IMG/VR virus record: IMGVR_UViG_3300035145_001308
Span: 1,911-65,910 of that record
Origin: a virus
Lineage: Duplodnaviria; Caudoviricetes
Length of the DNA: 64,000 nucleotides
Direction: 5' to 3' (one strand)
Below the pieces are notes generated by a model that was given only the letters and a program-made list of their open reading frames with translations, had not been told where the DNA came from and ran no database searches. Positions 39,801 through 47,622 of the stretch are shown piece by piece (position 1 is the stretch's first letter; each line of letters begins with the position of its first letter). Position numbers and translations under genes: made by a program.

Positions 39801-40106
39801 GTTGCAAGACTTGTAATATTCCTACGTAGTCAGCTAAACACACTAGCAAAACCATACTTGTTTGAACCAAATGATAAAATCACACGTGATGAAATCAAAC
39901 AACAAGTTGAAAGTTTACTAGTAGAACTAGTTGGACTAAGAGCTCTATTTGACTTCTTAGTTGTATGTGATGAAACAAACAACACACCAACAAGAATAGA
40001 TAGAAACGAGTTGTATGTAGATATTGCTATTGAACCAGTCAAAGCAGTTGAGTTTATTTACATTCCGCTACGCTTGAAAAACACTGGAGAAATCGCAGGA
40101 TTATAA
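36837..40106 (+). CDS. gp18: Contractile tail sheath protein with large insertion domains
   Basis: MALTSPGVEV, L...FGDP.F, YPWFAPAGTRRG, LYQNNVNPI, FGQKT, LDRVNVARL, FEPND, NNTP..IDRNEL, IEPVKAVEFIYIP; late box GCTAAATA at 36796. Confidence 0.95.
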   Translation: MALTSPGVEVSVIDESFYTPAEPGTVPIIFVATSENKTNGAGTGIAPGTTKAKAGVPYLLTSQRDLVDTFGDPAFYTDANNNPIHGGEQNEYGLQAAYSYLGVANRAYVVRADIDLGALNASADATTANPADGTYWLDTGNSKYGIFEWDGSALSTTNTTGQQFTNKTPIVITSKTNTASSSPFAPKAAVGGIGDYAITAVSTVIRLWYKNSSGTWVQVGSADWKNSWPTVTGTAATPTFTASDSITFVNAATSLNATVTLSGTALATVVSDINTALTGTGITAAAVNNKLEIKNNGSNHPKFTIGNGVGTPLTDAGITADEYHTPTLQASAHTSVPAFKDTDADPKPTGSIWVKTTSPNAGANWKVKEWNGATGLWDTIAAPIYSTTQDALLGLDKSGGGANLTTDNLFVMTNVSEADTNVGDFTIYKRNTSGATAITSAIITASTFTSGTGDFTISETVKGSATLSTPVNVSFAPTGATTDADVLAGAINTAGLTNVTASVDAANKVVITHALGGDIRFVDTNTKLANAFTAFDYTTSTGTANFYDAPDAAPNEYIATLWKELTYTASASAPTALAADGALWYSSTVDEIDIMVHDGTTWKGYLNEYASSDPEGPIVSATEPTEQSDGSALVTGDLWISTADLENFPLIYRYNSTLSSWVALDTTDQTTENGVLFADARWSTDGGTATAHEAGSIVDLLSSDFLDPDAPDPALYPKGMLLWNLRRSGFNVKRFERNYIDLTDTNARAGDASMAAYYPHRWVTESGNQADGTGSFGRKAQRKVVIQALQSLVNSNEDIRDDESRIFNLIATPGYPELIGEMVTLNYDRGLTAFVVGDTPMRLTPDATSLNEWATNVAVATEDNDDGLVTSDEYLGVYYPSGFTSDNAGNNVVVPASHMVLRTIALNDQVAYPWFAPAGTRRGGVTNATSTGYINNEGEFVAAALNEGQRDTLYQNNVNPITFLTGAGLVVFGQKTRARNASSLDRVNVARLVIFLRSQLNTLAKPYLFEPNDKITRDEIKQQVESLLVELVGLRALFDFLVVCDETNNTPTRIDRNELYVDIAIEPVKAVEFIYIPLRLKNTGEIAGL

Positions 40107-40115
40107 TATCATAAA

Positions 40116-40141
40116 GTAGGGTGAAAATAAAATCACCCTAC
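40116..40141. terminator. Stem-loop after the sheath gene
   Basis: gtagggtga-8nt-tcaccctac; no + strand U-tract, so it may be a stabilising hairpin instead. Confidence 0.45.
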
Positions 40142-40175
40142 AAATGATAAATACTTGTGATAAGGAGAAATATAG

Positions 40176-40814
40176 ATGGCAATCTCAACTCTATTAAATT
40201 TAACAGTACCATTAGCAAACGATACTACTTCTAGTACACAAGGTTTGTTAATGCCAAAACTAGCTTACCGTTTTCGTGTAACGCTAGAAAACTTCGGTAT
40301 TACTGGAAACACTACAGAGCTTACAAAACAAGTTATGGAAGCTGGTAGACCAAACATTCAGTTCGATCCAATCGTACTAGATGTTTATAACAGTAAAATC
40401 CAAATGGCAGGCAAGCATACATGGCAGCCTGTAAGTTTAATGCTACGTGACGATATTAATGGTAACGTGCAAAAATCAGTTGGTGAACAACTACAGAAGC
40501 AGTTTGATTTCTTTGAACAAGCAAGTGCTGCTACTGGTCAAGACTATAAGTTTACACAACGTATTGAAGTTTTAGACGGTGGTAACGGTGCAAATACACC
40601 AGCTGTACTCGAAACTTGGGAACTATACGGTTGTTACTTAACTAACGTGGACTATGGATCAATGAACTACTCAACACAAGATCCAATGACAGTAAGTTTA
40701 ACTATTCAGTATGATAATGCTGTACAACTTAATGTTGGTGTTGGTGTTCCAAATAACTTCCAAGATAGAAACACTGAAACAGGCACAGGCGCAACAGGTG
40801 GCGCTTCTCTTTAA
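40176..40814 (+). CDS. gp19: Tail tube protein (gp19-like)
   Basis: PKLAYRFRV, AGKHTW..V...RDD, ETWELYGC....DYG..NY; directly after the sheath gene; late box GATAAATA at 40146. Confidence 0.9.
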   Translation: MAISTLLNLTVPLANDTTSSTQGLLMPKLAYRFRVTLENFGITGNTTELTKQVMEAGRPNIQFDPIVLDVYNSKIQMAGKHTWQPVSLMLRDDINGNVQKSVGEQLQKQFDFFEQASAATGQDYKFTQRIEVLDGGNGANTPAVLETWELYGCYLTNVDYGSMNYSTQDPMTVSLTIQYDNAVQLNVGVGVPNNFQDRNTETGTGATGGASL

Positions 40815-40842
40815 TATTTAAACGAGATTGCCTAAAGAATAG

Positions 40843-40870
40843 AAGGAGCCTTAATGGCTCCTTTTGTTTT
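40843..40870 (+). terminator. Intrinsic terminator after the tail tube gene
   Basis: aaggagcc-ttaat-ggctcctt followed by ttgtttt. Confidence 0.85.
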
Positions 40871-40902
40871 ATACGCACTTATTTTGTGAGGATAAATACT
40901 AT

Positions 40903-42201
40903 ATGCCATTAAACAGGTTTTTTGATAACTTTAGTAACTTTGACTCTAACAAAGGAATCATGGGTGATTTTACTCATGCAGCAAACGTCTATAGACGAAA
41001 TAATTTTAGACTTGCACCAAAATCAAAGTTTCTTTATCATGTTGTAATAGATGTTAATCAAACTGCATTATCTACATTAGGTAGAAGTGTGAGTAATAGA
41101 CTTGCAGCTCGCGAGTTTAATATACTTGCATCAAGTGCAGATTTACCTACTTACACTGTAAACACAGAAACACTTATACAGTATAATCGTAAAAAGAATA
41201 TCCAAACAATGATTAACTATAATCCTGTAGGTATAGAGTTCCACGATGATTCAGCAGGGCTTACAACACTGTTATGGGAAGCATATTATAGATATTATTA
41301 TGAAGATGGCAACTATGCTGACCAAGGTACAAAACCTAGAGCATATTACACGGGCTTGTATGACAGTGAGCCACAAAATACTTATAGACATGGGTTTAAC
41401 AGAAGCAGACCTGATATTCCATTTTTCAATAGTATAACAATACATCAGCTGCATCATCAAAACGTTGACAGTCATTTTACAAGTTTTACTCTTGTAAATC
41501 CTATTATACAAGAATGGCAGCATGACAGAGTTGATCAAAGCGACGGTTCTGGTATGATGAAAAACACAATGAGAGTACAGTTTGAATCTGTATTGTATGA
41601 TAGAGGATATACTGAAGAAGGTAATCCTGCCGGCTTTGCTGACGATGCACATTATGATAAATCGCCTAGTCCTTACGAAAGTGTAAGTTCTAGTGCTATT
41701 GATAACGCTATTAACAGCACAGACGAAGGCTGGATTGGATTGTTTAAAGACATATTTGATACGATTGTAGGACTTACTGATGTAAACTCACAACAACAGG
41801 AAGACATAAGAAATACTATTCCTACACAGCCTGTAATTATAAACACAGTTCGATCATTAAATAGTTTTAATTTGTTTCCAGTGAACAATCAAAATCAAAA
41901 CTTAGTATTTGCTCAACCTGCACAAACATTACCAACACAAAGTTTAGCTACACAAGAGTTTGTTAGACAGTTAAATACCAATCCAAAAAAACTTGCAGAT
42001 TTTGGCAAAAGCGAAGCATCAATATCAATCGCAGTTGCTTCAGGTTTAAACATACAAGAATCAAAAGCATTTTATGATAATCTGTCTCCTAGTGTAAAAG
42101 CAGGAATAGAACAGGCAGCTTTAGAAAACGCAGCTGAGTTATCCAATAAAGGATTCAGTACTGGCTTCCAGCAATCATTGAGTGCATTAAATATCATATA
42201 A
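40903..42201 (+). CDS. Tail-tube-fold baseplate/tube initiator protein (gp54/gp48-like)
   Basis: PKSKFLYHV, ADLP.Y....QYNRK.....I.Y.PV.I.FHDD, LVNP.I..W.HD; start corrected to the ATG at 40903 after GATAAATA. Confidence 0.65.
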   Translation: MPLNRFFDNFSNFDSNKGIMGDFTHAANVYRRNNFRLAPKSKFLYHVVIDVNQTALSTLGRSVSNRLAAREFNILASSADLPTYTVNTETLIQYNRKKNIQTMINYNPVGIEFHDDSAGLTTLLWEAYYRYYYEDGNYADQGTKPRAYYTGLYDSEPQNTYRHGFNRSRPDIPFFNSITIHQLHHQNVDSHFTSFTLVNPIIQEWQHDRVDQSDGSGMMKNTMRVQFESVLYDRGYTEEGNPAGFADDAHYDKSPSPYESVSSSAIDNAINSTDEGWIGLFKDIFDTIVGLTDVNSQQQEDIRNTIPTQPVIINTVRSLNSFNLFPVNNQNQNLVFAQPAQTLPTQSLATQEFVRQLNTNPKKLADFGKSEASISIAVASGLNIQESKAFYDNLSPSVKAGIEQAALENAAELSNKGFSTGFQQSLSALNII

Positions 42202-42210
42202 GAGATAATC

Positions 42211-42585
42211 ATGTCAAGTATTACAGATCCAAGTATAAACAAATCAAATGATAGCGCAGCTGAAACAAGAAGTTTCTTTGACAGGTATTTTACAAAAAGT
42301 ATTAGTATTACTAGTAACGAAGTTGATAGTGTTATAGGATTCTTTCTAAAAAGACAGTTTGACAGAAGTGCAGCTATTGCTGTAACAACAGTTTTATTGC
42401 AACAAGCAAAAGCAGAAAAGAAAAATATCTTTGATTTACTAGATGGTTTAGAAGGATTAGATAGTGTCAAACTCAGTCAACTTGTAACCGCAATCTTAAA
42501 TAATAATAGAAGTAAAGTAAGTGCATTAGGTTACACAGCTCCTTTCGAAATCCAAACATTAGATAATAGGAATGTGCTTGTATAA
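42211..42585 (+). CDS. Hypothetical (probable baseplate/virion) protein
   Basis: ORF translationally coupled between the tube-like gene and gp4. Confidence 0.6.
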   Translation: MSSITDPSINKSNDSAAETRSFFDRYFTKSISITSNEVDSVIGFFLKRQFDRSAAIAVTTVLLQQAKAEKKNIFDLLDGLEGLDSVKLSQLVTAILNNNRSKVSALGYTAPFEIQTLDNRNVLV

Positions 42586-43022
42586 TGGCACGTTTTGCAC
42601 AGGGTAAGTATACTCTAAAAAACCCTGAAAAATACATTGGCGGTAGAACTCCAACATATCGAAGCAGTTGGGAGTTTGCATTTTGCCGTATGTGTGATAC
42701 AAATGAAAACATTACCAAGTGGGCTAGTGAATCAATAAGGATACCTTACAGACATCCTTTCACAGGCAAGTACACAATATATGTGCCTGATTTTTTTATT
42801 GTGTACGGAGATAGAACAGGTAAACAACATGTTGAGCTAATAGAAGTAAAACCTGCTAATCACACCTTCAAAGAACAACTAGGACGTAGCCAAGCTAACA
42901 AAGCACATTATGTTGTTAATCAAGCAAAATGGGCAGCGGCTAGACAATATTGTAAACAAAAAGGCATGTACTTTAGAGTTGTAAATGAACAAGATATTTT
43001 CCATCAAGGAAAACGTAGATAA
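42585..43022 (+). CDS. gp4: Head completion nuclease (T4 gp4-like, TnsA-type endonuclease)
   Basis: NPEKY.G, YRSSWE, WASE.I.IPY, YVPDF, IEVKP, NQAKWAAA. Confidence 0.9.
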   Translation: MARFAQGKYTLKNPEKYIGGRTPTYRSSWEFAFCRMCDTNENITKWASESIRIPYRHPFTGKYTIYVPDFFIVYGDRTGKQHVELIEVKPANHTFKEQLGRSQANKAHYVVNQAKWAAARQYCKQKGMYFRVVNEQDIFHQGKRR

Positions 43023-43048
43023 ATACTAGCATATAATGGAATAGTACT

Positions 43049-43534
43049 ATGACTAAGAAACTTGAAGAAATGTTAAATTTGCCAGATAATGAAGACATTG
43101 TAGCACAAGAAAAAACCACACAAGAAGTTGTTGCACACGAAGATACATTTCGTGATATTGCAGAGTTTGATAAAATTGCAAGTGCGTTACCTGCTGTAAA
43201 AGGTTTAGGACAAATGGCAGATGACGAACTAAACGAAGTTGCAGACAAAGCAATGACCGCATATGACGACTTGATGGATTTAGGAATGAATGTTGAAAGT
43301 CGTTATAGTGGTAGAGTTTTTGAAGTTGCAGGTACTATGCTCAAAACTACACTAGACGCTAAAGTTGCAAAACTAGATAAAAAACTTAAAATGGTTGAGC
43401 TACAACTCAAAAAAGAAAAAATGGATAGAGACAGCGGACCAGGGGACGGCGACATTGTAAGCGGAGAAGGCTATGTTGTTACTGATAGGAATAGTCTACT
43501 TGAGCGCCTAAAAGGCATGGATAAAGATAAATAG
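43049..43534 (+). CDS. Hypothetical helical protein, possible small terminase subunit
   Basis: Helical core with RVFEVAG.ML and C-terminal V.DRN.LL..L, reminiscent of T4 gp16-type small terminases; upstream of the large terminase. Confidence 0.45.
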   Translation: MTKKLEEMLNLPDNEDIVAQEKTTQEVVAHEDTFRDIAEFDKIASALPAVKGLGQMADDELNEVADKAMTAYDDLMDLGMNVESRYSGRVFEVAGTMLKTTLDAKVAKLDKKLKMVELQLKKEKMDRDSGPGDGDIVSGEGYVVTDRNSLLERLKGMDKDK

Positions 43535-43556
43535 TAATATAGTTTAGGATACGTCA

Positions 43557-44111
43557 ATGAAAAATTTCGCAGATTATTTAACAGAGTCTAAAAGGACTTA
43601 TGATTTCAAAATCGGTGTAGCTGGCGAGCTACCAGAAGGTTTTGCAGATAAACTAGAATCTAGTTTACAAAAATACGGATGTTCAGGAATAAGTGCAGGT
43701 AAATCAACACCTATTCAAAAACGTCCATTAGATTTTCCACAGTTAGAAAATGTAGAAGCAACATATTATGAAGTAAGTTGTATGTATCCAACAACTGTAC
43801 AAGTGCTACAAGAATATGTAGGACAGTGCTGTGGTGTTCCACAAAGTCATATTATTGTGCGTAATCCTAACGAACCACAAGAGCTTTATCAAGAAGAAAA
43901 AACCGACGAAGAATATGTAGCTAAACTAACACAAGAAGACATGGGCGGAGAAAGCGCACAAGAATCTGCAGGCGCAAACCGTGTAATGGACTTGTTGAAA
44001 GAACTTGAAGCATCACGTAAAGAAAGATCAAATGATTATGTAGGTGATGCACCAGTTGGCGAAAGTAAAGACATTGGCGATACTGAAAATACAAAGGCGG
44101 TGGTATCATGA
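43557..44111 (+). CDS. Hypothetical protein, probable head-internal/virion protein
   Basis: N-terminus MKNFADYLTES resembles T4 internal-protein capsid-targeting sequences; late box at 43526. Confidence 0.55.
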   Translation: MKNFADYLTESKRTYDFKIGVAGELPEGFADKLESSLQKYGCSGISAGKSTPIQKRPLDFPQLENVEATYYEVSCMYPTTVQVLQEYVGQCCGVPQSHIIVRNPNEPQELYQEEKTDEEYVAKLTQEDMGGESAQESAGANRVMDLLKELEASRKERSNDYVGDAPVGESKDIGDTENTKAVVS

Positions 44112-45973
44112 AAATCACTGAAGTAACAAAGCCTTTAACAGAAGCACCAACAACATTTACACCAACACACTATGGCGGAGCATTTGGTGCAAATAGATTG
44201 ATGGCACATAGCGATGGTAAAATATATTGGATGGGCTCTGATCGTAAAATACAACCATGGCAAGGTAATCCAAATGCCAATGGTATACTAGGAAGATTCA
44301 ATCCAGCAACTGTTAGAGGTAAAATTGTAAACGGTCAAAAAGTTCCATATGGACCAGGCGAAAACTTTGCTAATGATCCAACCAATAGAGGACCACAAGC
44401 ATCTACATGGAAAAATCCAGATGCGCAAGGTGCTCAAACTCAAGCAGCAAAGCCAGTTACTGGTGCGAAATATGATCAAGGTTTACTACGTAGAGGCAGC
44501 AGAGGCGCTGGTGTAAAAGAACTACAAGCAAAACTAGGTATGCCTGCAAGTGAACAGGATGGTATCTTTGGTCCTAAGACAGAAGCAGCAGTTAAAAAAC
44601 TACAGCAATCACAAGGTATTAAAGTTGACGGTATTGTAGGTCCAGAAACACGCGGTGCTATTGCAAAACTACAAGCACCTGAAAACAAAAAAGCCACTGT
44701 TGTTAATCCACCGGTAGTGAAGAAACCAGAACCAAAAACACCTGGAGGTGAAGAAACACCTGGAGGTGAAGAAACACCTGGTGGTGAAGAAACACCTGAT
44801 ACGTCGGCAAACGATAATCAAAATAATGCTAATAATGCTCAAGGTGATCCAGCAACGTATAATGATGACGAAGACGATACACAAAATGATACTAGTGAAC
44901 CTGTTGCGTCAGGAGTAGTAGCAGCAGATACTATTAAAGATCGGTTGTCTCCAGAAGCACAAGAAAAGTTTGACGATCAAATGCAAGAGTTTGACGGCGA
45001 CCTACTTACTATGCTAATAGATGCAAAAAAACAATCAAAGGATTTTTGGCAACGTCCAGCATGGAGAGCATTTTACGAAGAAGTATTTGGTATCGAGGCG
45101 TCATTAGGCAAAGTTACTGATATACCAACTAAGGGTATTATCGACATAGATACTATTCCTGATAAAAGACCAGGAGATCGTAGCAAAAGAGGTGTAGTAT
45201 TTGCAGCACCTGGCGATGCAAAATACGATAATGCATTAGGAAGTATAAAATACAAATCCATAGACGATATGGAAGAATCAAGAATACTAGACTTAGCAGG
45301 AGTCAATATGAAAAAACTAGATGAAGAAATAACTATTACAGGCAGTGCAGATGATTTACTTCGCATGATGCAACTAGCTGGTGCATCAGGAGCAAAAGCT
45401 ATAGATGCAGATGATATTAATCCTAAACCAATGCCAATGCCTACACCAGGCGGATGCGGATCTAAACCAAAAGAACCTGGCATGAGTGACATGATAAAAA
45501 TGATGTCAACAGAAGAAGAAGGTCCAATGGGCGACGAATATGACGATGATCCTAGTTCACCAGCTGACAACTATGCAGATGGAGGCTTAGACACAAATGT
45601 AATAAATGGTGATGATTTACATAAACAAAAAACACCATATCCGCCTACAGCAAGTAAAGGCGATAATCCAATGGCTCTTGAAGATGAAATCAAAGAGAGA
45701 TTAATGAAAGCATTTGAAACATACAAAGATAGAGATGCGTATGATGCTTCACAACAAAGTGGTAAAAAAGTTACGTTACCAAAAGCACCATGGGAAAAAG
45801 ATCATGATGCAGAAAAAGGCGAAAAGCCAGATTATGCAGATTTAGACGGTGACGGCAACGAAGACGAAGCAATGAAAGATGCTGCAAAAGATAAAAAAGA
45901 TAAAATGGCAGCTTTGAAAAAAGCCGGCAATGCTAAAGCTGATGCAGAAGCAGCCGAACGTAAAAATAAGTAA
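44108..45973 (+). CDS. Peptidoglycan-binding-domain protein with low-complexity acidic regions
   Basis: LRRGSRGAGVKELQAKLG...DGIFGPKTEAAVKKLQ...DGIVGPET is a PG_binding_1 pattern; TPGGEE x3; LAG motifs. Confidence 0.75.
   Translation: MKITEVTKPLTEAPTTFTPTHYGGAFGANRLMAHSDGKIYWMGSDRKIQPWQGNPNANGILGRFNPATVRGKIVNGQKVPYGPGENFANDPTNRGPQASTWKNPDAQGAQTQAAKPVTGAKYDQGLLRRGSRGAGVKELQAKLGMPASEQDGIFGPKTEAAVKKLQQSQGIKVDGIVGPETRGAIAKLQAPENKKATVVNPPVVKKPEPKTPGGEETPGGEETPGGEETPDTSANDNQNNANNAQGDPATYNDDEDDTQNDTSEPVASGVVAADTIKDRLSPEAQEKFDDQMQEFDGDLLTMLIDAKKQSKDFWQRPAWRAFYEEVFGIEASLGKVTDIPTKGIIDIDTIPDKRPGDRSKRGVVFAAPGDAKYDNALGSIKYKSIDDMEESRILDLAGVNMKKLDEEITITGSADDLLRMMQLAGASGAKAIDADDINPKPMPMPTPGGCGSKPKEPGMSDMIKMMSTEEEGPMGDEYDDDPSSPADNYADGGLDTNVINGDDLHKQKTPYPPTASKGDNPMALEDEIKERLMKAFETYKDRDAYDASQQSGKKVTLPKAPWEKDHDAEKGEKPDYADLDGDGNEDEAMKDAAKDKKDKMAALKKAGNAKADAEAAERKNK
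44738..44797 (+). repeat. 18-bp in-frame tandem repeat x3 (TPGGEE)
   Basis: acacctgg(a/t)ggtgaagaa is repeated. Confidence 0.85.
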
Positions 45974-45991
45974 TACATCCCCCCAGAACTC

Positions 45992-46018
45992 AATAGCGCC
46001 TTAGGGCGCTATTTTTTT
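45992..46018 (+). terminator. Intrinsic terminator
   Basis: aatagcgcc-ttag-ggcgctatt followed by ttttt. Confidence 0.9.
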
Positions 46019-46031
46019 GGTTAAATACAAT

Positions 46032-47609
46032 ATGAGCAAAAGTTTAGACGGCGTATTAACAAAAAAAGCAAATCAAAAAGAAACATTTACAAATGAACAA
46101 GTTGAAGACTTGTTAGCGTGTATGGATCCTAATGAGGGGTACTTGCATTTTGCAAGGCATTTTGCTTACATACAACACCCTGTGCAAGGCAAACTTATGT
46201 TTGATCCTTATGAATATCAACTTCGTTTGTTGCACAGTTATCATAGTTATAGATTTAACATTAATATGATGCCTAGACAAACAGGCAAAACAACTTGTGC
46301 TGCTATCTATCTTGCTTGGTTTGCAATGTTTAATCCAGATCAAACTATTCTTATTGCTGCACACAAATACACAGGTGCGCAAGAGATTATGGCACGTATA
46401 CGCTATGTGTATGAAACTTGTCCAGATCATATTAGAGCAGGTGTTACTAGTTATAACAAAGGTAGCATAGAGTTTGAGAATGGTTCAAGGATTGTAAGTC
46501 AAACAACAACAGGCAACACAGGACGTGGTATGTCTATCTCACTACTATACTGTGACGAGTTTGCGTTTGTTATGCCTAACATTGCAGAAGAATTTTGGAC
46601 TTCTATTTCACCTACACTAGCAACAGGTGGTCGTGCTATTATTACAAGCACACCTAACTCAGATGAAGATACATTTGCTACCATATGGAAACAAGCAGAA
46701 CAAAAGTTTGACGAGTTTGGAAATGAAAGTGAAGTAGGTATAAACGGCTTTCATAGTTTTAGAGCAGAATGGCATGAGCATCCTGACAGAGACGAAGAAT
46801 GGAAAAAAGCTGAGATTGGTCGTATAGGCGAAGAAAAGTTTAGACGTGAATATGGCTGCGAGTTTTTGATTTTTGACGAAACACTTATTAATAGTATTAA
46901 ACTTGCTGCAATGGAAGGTATTGAACCTATTATAAAAATGGGTCAAATACGTTGGTACAAAAAACCAGATCCTAAAAAGTCATATGTAGTAGGTTTAGAT
47001 CCGAGCATGGGCACAGGTGGAGATTTTTCTGCTATACAAGTTATTGAACTTCCTAGTTATGAACAAGTAGGCGAGTGGCAACACAATCTAACAGCAATAC
47101 CAGGACAAGTTAGAATACTTGCAGATGTATGTAAGTATCTTGCAGAAGAAATGAAAAGCTCTAGTAACATTTATTGGAGTGTAGAAAACAACGGCATAGG
47201 AGAAGCATGTCTACTAGTAATACAAGACTTTGGCGAAGAAAACATTCCAGGCTTGTTTATTAGTGAACCAATACGCAAAGGACATGTAAGAAAGTTCCGA
47301 AAAGGATTTAACACAACACACGGTTCAAAAACCACAGCATGTGCTAGACTAAAAACAATGATTGAAAACGACAAACTTACTGTGCGTAGCAAAGCACTTA
47401 TAAGTGAACTCAAAGCATATATTGCAGCAGGAAGTAGTTTTCAAGCTAAGCCAGGACATTACGATGATTTGGTAAGTAGTTTATTACTAACATTAAGGAT
47501 TATGAATGTTATGAAAGATTGGGATCCTACAGTGTACAATACATTCAACCAAATAGAACATGACGAGGAATACGAAATGCCAATGCCAATCTTTATAAGC
47601 AGTTATTGA
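46032..47609 (+). CDS. gp17: Terminase large subunit (gp17-like)
   Basis: Walker A MPRQTGKTT, Walker B LLYCDEFAF, ITSTPN, GLDPSMGTGGDFS, VENN, YDDLV; start set at the ATG at 46032. Confidence 0.97.
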   Translation: MSKSLDGVLTKKANQKETFTNEQVEDLLACMDPNEGYLHFARHFAYIQHPVQGKLMFDPYEYQLRLLHSYHSYRFNINMMPRQTGKTTCAAIYLAWFAMFNPDQTILIAAHKYTGAQEIMARIRYVYETCPDHIRAGVTSYNKGSIEFENGSRIVSQTTTGNTGRGMSISLLYCDEFAFVMPNIAEEFWTSISPTLATGGRAIITSTPNSDEDTFATIWKQAEQKFDEFGNESEVGINGFHSFRAEWHEHPDRDEEWKKAEIGRIGEEKFRREYGCEFLIFDETLINSIKLAAMEGIEPIIKMGQIRWYKKPDPKKSYVVGLDPSMGTGGDFSAIQVIELPSYEQVGEWQHNLTAIPGQVRILADVCKYLAEEMKSSSNIYWSVENNGIGEACLLVIQDFGEENIPGLFISEPIRKGHVRKFRKGFNTTHGSKTTACARLKTMIENDKLTVRSKALISELKAYIAAGSSFQAKPGHYDDLVSSLLLTLRIMNVMKDWDPTVYNTFNQIEHDEEYEMPMPIFISSY

Positions 47610-47622
47610 TAAATAGTATACA

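Noticed and set aside
42585-43022. TnsA-like nuclease as a sign of a Tn7-type element
   Set aside because: Matches the T4 gp4 head-completion family in motif and context; no transposon genes or ends.
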